64,000 bases of DNA from Auanema rhodensis (Eukaryota > Animalia > Nematoda): NCBI GenBank assembly GCA_964057225.1, contig OZ059896.1, positions 10,106,001-10,170,000 of the forward strand, given 5' to 3'. A program made the position numbers and the translations under genes. Below, piece after piece: positions 54,285 to 64,000 of this stretch; within the stretch, counting starts at the first letter, position 1; every line of letters starts with the position of its first letter. The notes beneath the pieces were generated by a model. The model saw only the letters and a list, made by a program, of their open reading frames with translations, was not told the DNA's origin and did no database searches.

Positions 54285-57200
54285 ATGAAGTTTCAAATTC
54301 TTTTACTATTTTGCTTACAAATTTATTCCACATTTGGATATATATTATCAGCATGGAAAGAAATATATGAAGATATTGAACTGTTTTCCGATGTAACTCC
54401 TGAAGAACAACAAAGGTATTTCATGCACATCAACAATATTGTTTCTAAGTTTTACATCTTTTCTAGATTTCATATCCATCGCTCCAGTCCATCTTCTGAA
54501 ATATTTTTGTATATCAGCCCTTGTGGTGGAACAGTTCATTGGAGACTGTATAGTTTGAAATCAGGTAGTAACAACGTTGTTTTACCATTCTGAAGATCAA
54601 CGATATTATTACAGAATTTGCTGAAATAGAACGTTTATATGCTTTCACAGATTCATCCGATGTTCAACTTGTCGCAGGTGAAGCTGATGACCAACGTATG
54701 CGATTCTATTCAAAGCATTTACCATATGGTTAGTAAACTATAATATATAATATTATTAATTTATAATTCAATTTTAGAAGATCTTTTACTTGTTATAACA
54801 TCACCAGCACCAGCTTCTGTTAAAATTTATTTTTCAACATCCATGGATAAGATAAATGATTTTTATCCTCCTTTACCACATGATACTCGATTGGCTTATG
54901 CAGTTGAACAAGAGACTGAATCAGAGAAAAAGCAAGCTTTAATAAGCTGGAAGATATCTGATGTAGTTAGGTAATACATTTCAAACAGAGTTCTAAAAAT
55001 ATAATTCTATCTATTATTCAGATATTCACCCGATCCAGCAAGATACCGTATATGTGCTGTAGTTTCAAAACGCCATCCCGATTGGGCAGCTTGTGATCTT
55101 TTGGATGAAGGATTAGAATCAATTCATTGTGTACCACATACAAATAACTCAATGATTATTGAAAAATTAAGGTTTATATAATGATATAAATATTTTTTTT
55201 ATTTGAAAAACTAAAATATTTCAGATCTGGACGTCGTTATTATATTCTTCTTTTTGTTCGTGATCTTTTGCGTGGAACGACATCGTCCTATGAAGCTGTG
55301 GAGATTAATTTTCGAAAGTCTCGCGACACACCAGTCAAACATCCAAAAAAAGATGAAGTATGTTCAACATGTTTCCTAACCATTGCAACAAGCTCAGATT
55401 TCCATTTTCTAATATGAGAATGCATAACTATATTTCATAATTTTCTGTTATAGTTACGTCTTTTAATGGATTCTGCTTTGCAAACTGCTATTCTACCACC
55501 GAAGAAGGATTCAAGCTTAAACTTTTTCTATGCCATACCATATGAGACTACGCGCATTCAAAGGGTACGCTTTATTTTTGAAATAGTTTTTGCTTTTTAA
55601 AGAAAAAAAACAATGTTTTTGATTGGTTATTTGGAAAAAAAACTTCTTCTGAGATGAAGCTGATACGTTTTTTTAAAACTTTATTCGGAATCTAGCCATA
55701 GCGAACCGTTGGTCCCACTCAAGGGGTCTCCAAGTTCCCAGTGGATTAGTCGTGAAGTCTTATCAGATTGCTCTAGGCGTTTTCTTAGAAAATAGAATCC
55801 ATAATTCCTGTTGCATAACATAGCTGCTTCCTTTCTACCTTAGTTTTTTAACAAAAAAAAATCTTAATAGAACAAAACATAGTATTATTACACCAAAGCC
55901 AATTTTTCTGCAAAATTGCTCAAACGTTTTTGTCTATAAAGACTTTCAAATATGATTTTGAAATCATCTTTTCGGACATAATTTTCAACGTTGGATATTT
56001 CTGTTACGTTGGAAAAAAACTGACAACTTCCCGGTCAAGACATCTAAAAGAACAGCTGAAGTATTCTTCAAGCTTTTTCTCGACCTCACTTCGCACCACG
56101 AACAGCTGCTTCTTTAGTTCCTCTTCTACTGATCAGTAAAAGTTATTTTTGGAAGCTTAAAAGATTTCTGCAAAAGAAAGGAAAACCCCAAGATTCAACA
56201 ATACAAAATGGAAATTTCTTCTATTTTAAATCAATTTTTGATTAAGATTTCTTCCTCTTTTCTTTAATCCAATAGTTTTTTTCTTTAAAAAAATACAAGA
56301 AATAATTAATGAGAGATGGTGATAATATCAATTACAATTGTTTCTGAAGAGATGAAATGAAGAAAAAAAACTTCCGGTCGTTTGTAGAAAGTTTTATGAG
56401 AATATTTATGTTAATTGTACTACAATATAGTTAAATGACAAACTAATATGACAATTTGTCTTTTTTTTTGCCAAAAAAAAATGTCAAGCAATTAGTTTGT
56501 AGCTGGAGATGGGAGATAGGTTAGAACAGAAATAGCTCAGTTTGACGTCAAAGCACCACATTCCATCACTAGCAGCTGACAGCATATGGCTTCATAGACA
56601 ACGAAGATTCGAACTATTTGCCCGATGGCCTTTGTCCAGTAGTATCTTAACTCTTTGAACTTTAATTTTTTTAATAAAAAAAAAAGATATAAATGTAATA
56701 AAAGAAGAGAATATGATAAGAGAAATAATCTGATATAAATGGTGAAACAAAGAAAAAAACATAAATATAATGAATATTGATTATACATAAAAATATTTAA
56801 TTTATAATATATAAATAATATTATAGGTTCTACTAATTGCTCATGCTTGCAATGGTCCAATTCGTATTACAATCTTTCGAAACGGTCGAATGCTTAAAAC
56901 AACAGAACCATTTACTGGCTATAGAAGGTTTCAATTTCAATATTTTCACATCAAAAAACATATTTTTTGAAGATTTTTGGTTATGAACTTACGCATTGCT
57001 GGACAATTACGCTTCGAAATATCGAATGAAGATTCACAACCTAAATCTGTTCGTTTATGGGCAAGTACAAGAGCTGATAAATCTCCATATCCAAATTTGC
57101 CAGATGATACAAGGTACAGTAATATCTTCAATAAAGATATAGTAATTTATAATATTTTAGTATCAAAGTTGTTCGTCGAACATGTCGCTCAGCCACATTA

Positions 57201-57647
57201 CAATGGTTGCGTGCTGCCGACAAGAAAGCTGAGTATTGTATTTATCGTCGAAAGGAAAATGCTCATTATTTGGAACATTTAGTCAGTCGAGTAAGAATTA
57301 TATTTTATATTTTATTTAAAATATTATATAAATATTAATTATATAAATATAAATATATAATTTAGGTTGATAATTTATGTGAAGGAGGATTAACATCTGA
57401 ACTTGTCGGATGTTATCATCATAAAGGACCTAAATCAAAAGATATTAAAGTATGTTTATTCTTATAAATCGTTAAAAATATTTATTTTCTTCTACTTTAG
57501 GATATATTGGGAGTTATAGAAACAACAATTACTGGTCTTGAACCTCAATCTACATACCGATTTGACCTTTTGGCTACACCGCTTCGACGACGTGGCGGTC
57601 AATCATTACCGTATCGAACTGTATGGGTTCGAACTTCTGAATGTTAA
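54285..57647 (+). CDS. ndnf-1: NDNF/Nord family secreted protein (FN3 domains)
   Basis: Signal peptide, ISPCGGTVHW, YPPLPHD, ACNG, YPNLPDD, YCIYR, NLC, ITGLEPQSTYRFDL, C-terminal LPYRTVWVRTSEC*. Confidence 0.82.
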
Positions 57648-58543
57648 TGTTAATTTGTTGAAAAGTTTGAAGTTTGAAATGCGGAAGAGTAATATAATTA
57701 AACTTAACTAATATGAATAATTAGAAAAATCTCTATATTTGATAATAGCACTCTTCATTATTTTCAAAACTCAAAACTCAAATTACTCTCTTTAAATCTC
57801 GTTTTTGTTCTGTCTGGTATAGGTTTTTAAATATGTGATCTCTTATTAACTATATTAGTCTTTCATTCCAACTTTTTTATATATATTTAAAAAAATAATT
57901 TTAAACTATATTATGTATAGTCCATGTATGCGGGTATAATTTCAATAGTATATATATATATATTAGAATAAGTTTGTAAATAAATATTTTTTTCTTTTTA
58001 AATTATAAAAAATAATAATAATAATTAATGTATTATACTTTATTTACATACAAATAAGCTCTAATCAAACAAATTTTATACAGTTACTGGCTATAAGAAG
58101 ATATTGAGATTCGCTCGGATAGGTACACAACGTCATTGGTTTTTATTTTGTAAATATAAAGAAAAAAAAACGAAAATAAAATAAAAAAATAAAATATAAA
58201 ACAAATAATTATTATAATTTGTACCCTTTCTGAGTGATTCGTATTATTGCTTGAGATACTTATACAATTAAGAGCTCAAATATAGAAATATTATAAATAA
58301 TGTTTGAGGAAAAGTAACTGAAACATATCACATATTACATTTTTTTTTTAAAATCAAAAAAATCGTCGTTAAAAAACATGATTGATTTCAAAACAGAATA
58401 GTAAACTATTGATAAGTGAATGTTTTGATATGATAGTTGCATGGGCGGAGGGGGTAATATGAAACTTGTTCGTTTTCCAAAACAATATTGACACGAATAA
58501 TACTGAAATATAATGGCAATATGATGTAATTATTAGATGATTG

Positions 58544-60475
58544 TTAGATTGGTCTCCATGGCATAATAGGAATTGGACTTGGCAATGTGGCTGTTGGTAA
58601 GAATGTTGGAGCTGTTGCTGCCATTTTCAGATTGTGTTGATGTAAAAACATTAATTGCTGAGCCATAAATCCTAAGTTGGAGTTCAATACAGTTGGATTA
58701 TTCACTGGAAGTAGTGGTGATGGTTGAGGTAGATGTTGCACAACGGTTGTTGCTGAGGGAACTGTTTTAGCTAGATGAGACGATGTTGTGAAGGCTGTTG
58801 GAGAATGGATTCTTGAGTTGAGAGCTGTAGCCGTAACGGGAATAGGAGATGCGATTGAGCATGGTTGTGAGATACGTGGTTTCTTGCTAGGTGTTGGTCC
58901 TTGTTCCGAAGCAGATTCAGTACTAGAAGTAGATGGGGCAGGAGAAATTTGTCGAATAAGTTTAGTCTCGAGAACGCTGTCTTCTGTATCCTCAATGATA
59001 GTTGGAGGTACCGGAGGTATATCAGCTAGTCCTGAAACAAAAAAATATTATTTTATATGAATAAAAGTTTTAAAAATCTTATAAAATAGGTTCATTTCTC
59101 GTTTCTTTTTCATTAATCATAAGAAATTCACGTGATAACATCTTAAACAGATTAGCATGTCTCATAATTGTTTTTGTGAGTTTTCTTTACTCAATACCTA
59201 CGTAAACTCAATCCTCTTCGAACGGGTTGAAGCATCAAAGTATCAGCCTCACTCTGCCTCTCTCTTTTTTCTTTCAATTCTTCTACCAAATATCTCTCCG
59301 TTTTTTTTTCATTTTTTCTCTCAAACCAAAGTCCTTGTATACCTTTATCAAGCTTTTCTACACAAATGCGTACCAAACTTCAAGTCGTAGATGATGTGGA
59401 CACTATATATTACTGTTAAATACAAACGAAAGTTATAACTCCAATATAGTTCTTACGGTAGTTTATTGGAAATTCTTCAAACAGGACAAAAAGCAAGCCG
59501 ATTCGTTTGATTTCATGCTGTTTCTTTCACTATCTTTCAGTTTATTTTCATTTTTAGGTTACTGTAAATATCATTAACCAAGTATTTCGCTAAGTATGAG
59601 TAGGTAGTTTACGAGACAATTTCATTGGCCTCTAGTCAAAACTGTTTTTTTTTTGAATAGTTGGCATTAGTATTGTCAATAGAAATACTTCTACTCTACG
59701 ATCGGACGTATGACAGCAGTAAGTATGTGTGTTTGATATGGATGAATCAGAACTGTTTTCATAATTTATGTCAAAATGATTATTATTATTGATATTATAA
59801 GATTATATTATAATAATTAATGTTATTTAGTGTTAATGTAAGAATATAATATAGAAATTTATACTTTAAGTAAATTTAAAATATTATAACTATAATAAAC
59901 TAATTGAAATACTTACCACGAGCAGCTCGTAACTTTTTCACATATTCTACAGTCATCTCTAGAATATCTGCTTTTTCCCATTTTGCATGACCAGTAGCAT
60001 GAAGCTAAAAAGATAAAAATAATATTGTCGATTATAATAAAATAATTTTTTTATTTGGAATCCAAAATTAATGTTCAAAACATATAACAAGAAACGTTGA
60101 GATATATCAAAAGTCAAACATTCAAAGTTCTATACACTTCATTCAGTTTTTTTTTGTAATTACGACAAACATTTGTTAAGAGTTTGTAGAGCAATCAGCA
60201 CATAAGTGAAGTAAAATGTAAATTCATATTGAAAATATTTCTTTTTTAAGAATTTTAAATTTAAAAAAAATGAATAACTTACATTATGTTTGTCCAATAT
60301 AAGCATTTCTTTTAATTCTGATAAACAATGATTAATACGAGCTCTACGTTTCTTTTCCATCAATGGCTTATTAGTCTAATATTTTAATTATAATTATATG
60401 TAATAATTAATAATAAAATACCTTTTTTGAAATAGCTCTGCTATCATTAGAAGTTGTTTCAATATCTGAGAACAT
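58544..60475 (-). CDS. lin-22: Hairy/E(spl) bHLH transcription factor, lin-22-like, 4 exons
   Basis: TNKPLMEKKRRARINHCLSELK...KWEKADILEMTVEYVKKL (basic-region proline diagnostic of Hes), Pro/Ser/Thr-rich tail, ends WRPI*. Orthology to lin-22 rather than another hairy paralogue is inferred. Confidence 0.85.
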
Positions 60476-61755
60476 TCTGCAAAATAAAATAAAGAATTAA
60501 GAATATAAAAATGAAATTAAAAGAAAATAAAAAGATAAATAAAGCAATTTTTATGAAAATATTATGAATTATTAAAGAAATAAACAATACAGAATATAGA
60601 ATATTTATAATATTAAAAGATGGAAACTCAGTTGTATATTACAAGAAATTTAAAACGGACTATCCACCTTGTGGTGAGCTCTGCCAAGTATTTTGTATTT
60701 TCTGTCCGAAGACTTGTTCGGTTTGGGGTAGAGATACTTTATCTGTGAAGGGTAGTGACGAAGAAAGTAGAAAAAAGAATAGAAAATAAAATGAAGGAAA
60801 AGCAGTTGTGGTTAGGTATTGAAAACTATAAGACGAAGAGAGAAATTAAGAAATAGAATGGTTTGAAAAGAAACATAGAACTACCGAAGAGCAGCAGAAT
60901 GGTTGAACGCAGCCGAAGAGCACTCATATCTTTTTGTCGTTTCTTCTGTCTATGGCAAATATTGGTCGTAGGTTGAACTTCGCCGTCGCTGCTGTGCATC
61001 TAAAGGTAGGATGACTTTGGCTAGATGCGGTTGCTGACTGATGGCGTGTCCTATTGAGAGAAATGAAGAGTAAGAGGGGCAGAGAAAAAGAAAATATTGA
61101 GATAAATAATGAGAAAGCGAGAGAAAAAAGGTAGGAGTTAGGTGAAAAAATGAGCTGATGCTGAGGTCACACGCCAAGCAAACGGCGAAATGCTTGGGCA
61201 AACAGTTGGATGTTGGCACTATGCGAGAGTTCCGTCCAATTTCTTCGTTCGAACCCTTGGACTCCACCGTCTACTCCTTGCAGAGCTAACATTTCTTCAA
61301 AAACGTCATCGGAAAAACGATCGAGCTATAAGTTGGAGCATAGAATCATCCCGCACGATGTATATTTATCGAAGAAACTTTCTTGGACTTTTCTTAATTC
61401 AATGATAACGAACGTGATAAGAATGACGTTTATTCAATCTTGCTGATGTTACATATGTATGTTTCTTATGAATATACATAGCCTAAAGCTTTTCATATAA
61501 CTGCTCGAAACACACTTCCAATTCATTTTTCCTCTTTGACTTTTTATCTTATAGTTAGTGACCAATGTCTGTCAAATATAGGAATAAGAGAAGCTTCATC
61601 AGAAGGTCATACTTGAACTGGTAGCAGCAACACCCATAAGCAATAAAGATAAATTGGGAGAGAGACAGAGGTGTGATATTGGTTGTAGTCTCACCAGGTC
61701 TTTTTCTCTTTCTATCTCTCTTTCACGGAATTGTCCTTAATGTTTCTTCTTAATG

Positions 61756-61758
<3 letters not shown>

Positions 61759-61849
<91 letters not shown>

Positions 61850-61857
61850 TCTCTCTC
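61759..61857. repeat. (CT)n microsatellite upstream of lin-22
   Basis: Directly visible. Confidence 0.95.
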
Positions 61858-62939
61858 TTTCTGGCTGGCTTTTCTTTAAATGTTAAAAAGAAAACAGGCG
61901 TTAGTGAAGTCGACATGACGACGTCAGAAACATCTCTGTCTATACGTCGATTTAGCTCGTCGAAGCATGAAATTGACGTCCAGTTTTTGTTTCGGGCCAG
62001 GAAAGGAATTTAGATGCTACAGATAGTAGAGGACATTTTTTTGAGCAGCCCGATTGACAAAAACAGGATTTTTTCGTTTGAACTTTCAATGTCTGCCAAA
62101 ATCTTAATTGAGAAGATGTGATGGATGAGTACAGAAACAAAAAAATACAGATTAACCGAAATGAGAGTAATCAGAATCAACTGTAAATTATTTCTTTAGG
62201 AAACAGTTATGATGAAGGATCGTATGGTATGTTTCAATATTATTGTGGAAGCAAATGAAATTGCCAACAAAAAAAAACTGAAAAACAGTAAAGTTGTTGA
62301 AAGAGACTATTAATTAGAGTTAAATAAAATAATTAATGATAGTTAGCATATAATAAACTAATTATAATTAATATAAATAAAATAATAATTGAAATAGAAA
62401 GAAATATAGTTAGTTATGTATTCGTAACAATTTGTCATGAAATCTTGCCTACACTGAGGTCAGATAAAGAACAAATGTTCAATATAAATATAGTTAGTCA
62501 ATTGAATATATAGTATATAGACGGAAACAAAACGATATGAATGATCATGTTCTTTGAATTCTTTTAAAAAATATATAAATAGAAGTATCCATGACAATTT
62601 GTGCCGACAATGAATAAACTTTATTTGTTTAAGTCAGTACGCCTTCATGAAGTTCATAGAAAAGTTACGGAAATGTGGGTTGACAATCAAACAATGAATA
62701 TTTCTTTATATGGTATAGAAGATGTTTACTATAAAAATTGAATAAAGGTTAAAAAGGAGAAGATATCATATACCATATAACTTAAATATACATTATAAAT
62801 AATTTATATAAAATATCATAAACTTACTTATATTATTTCATTTTTAATTTATTTTAGAGATACTGTAGAATAATTAATATACTTAACCTCTTCTTTTAAA
62901 GGTCTTGAGATAACTATGAGGTAAACCGAGAATTCACGG

Positions 62940-63490
62940 CTAACAACAGTCACGATATTGATGATGAAAACATAGAGCCATACGAGACGAAAGTGGGCGT
63001 GGCCAAATGGTTACGGTAGTTGGAACAGGTCTTCTGTGGACGCAGGACTGTGGCCGGTAGGTGCGGCACGCGCTTGGAACGAGCACAACACGCGACGTCG
63101 TCGTCGTCTTCGACATGAGAAATAGAATATATAGACAAGCAACGTCATAGTCTTCGAAGAAATAAGAACATGGTGAATATGTTCCACCGTAATCCAGATA
63201 GCTATAATGCATTGGACGTGACCAATGCCTCGTGATGCTGATGATGACGATCCACGTTGCAAATCATTTGTATGGTCGCAGTTAAAACACAGAAGAAAAA
63301 GGGATGGTGCTAGATCAAACGAGAACGTAAACATATAGAAGATTGACTATATTGGAAAAAGACACATTGTTAAGCATATATAAAGCATGTGAAAGTAATA
63401 ATTGTGTTAATATGACGGTATGAATCAAAAGAAATTTTTACGAAAAGAAGATATGGATAAGCGGATACCTGCAGATGGTAGCACGTGAAC
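62940..63490. promoter_or_regulatory. Putative distal enhancer of lin-22 with Hes-type binding sites
   Basis: GC/CpG-rich non-coding island with CACGCG x2 (63067, 63089), N-box CTCGTG (63229) and CACGTG (63482). Confidence 0.45.
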
Positions 63491-64000
63491 AGATTGCGTG
63501 AACAAACAGAAAATGACAAAGTGCTGCCATGAGGCTCAAGCATCAATGCTTACTCAGCCTTATTTACTCGTTGGCAAATAAGGTAGTTCGGACGTTTTTA
63601 CAGCAACTTAAAAGGTTTTTTTCTCATCATAAACTGTCTTGAGATCTCAAAAGGTAAATATAAAGGTATTGCTTTTGCTTCTATACAAAGTTTATTAGAA
63701 ATATAAGTATTTTTGAAATGATCTTGTGTTATAATGTCCAAATAAGTGACATTCCATAAGTATTTTCTCACATATATTTAGATTTGAAAGAAATATTCAC
63801 ATGATACTTGTAGATAATACTATATCAAGTATTAGAAAAAGATACTATATAAAGGATTATAACAAGTACTTCATAATTATACAAATTATATGAATATGAT
63901 TAATATTAGAATATATTTATAAGTTAGATTATTATTTTAAAAATTAAAAAATATACAATAAAATAGTCATATCTTATAAACTTAAGCATGAAGCTCAGGC

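Noticed and set aside
60950-63334. Overlapping ORFs upstream of lin-22
   Set aside because: No consistent splice structure or protein-like content; better explained as GC-richer regulatory DNA and a (CT)n repeat

Overview
Very AT-rich eukaryotic DNA, almost certainly from a rhabditid (clade V-like) nematode. The evidence is many ~40-60 nt introns with TTTCAG acceptors, a cuticle collagen, serpentine receptors and a worm-specific Argonaute. The ORF track mostly shows exon fragments or microsatellite artefacts, so I built gene models by splicing GT(GC)-AG introns by eye; outer coordinates are approximate gene spans, not single ORFs. Order along the window: acidic single-pass protein (-), minimal choline-phosphate cytidylyltransferase (-), large uncharacterised proline-rich gene (-), qui-1-like NACHT/WD40 gene (+), tail-to-tail NRDE-3/HRDE-1-type Argonaute (-), three srx/srxa-type chemoreceptors (+) interrupted by a collagen and a dead mariner, bbs-2 (-) with a perfect X-box, PA2G4/EBP1 (+), intron-containing tRNA-Ile(TAT), GT31 galactosyltransferase (+), a small Gly/Tyr-rich secreted peptide (+), NDNF (+) and lin-22/Hes (-) with a long upstream regulatory region. 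The most notable observations are: a ~275 bp gene-conversion-like tract covering intracellular loop 3 of two diverged GPCRs; a palindromic bidirectional poly(A) signal shared by qui-1 and the Argonaute; a Hes protein ending in WRPI with clustered Hes-type sites upstream; an unannotated antimicrobial-peptide-like gene; a small MITE family; and a cloverleaf-like structured GC island upstream of the Argonaute. I found no unambiguous wholly new multi-gene system.
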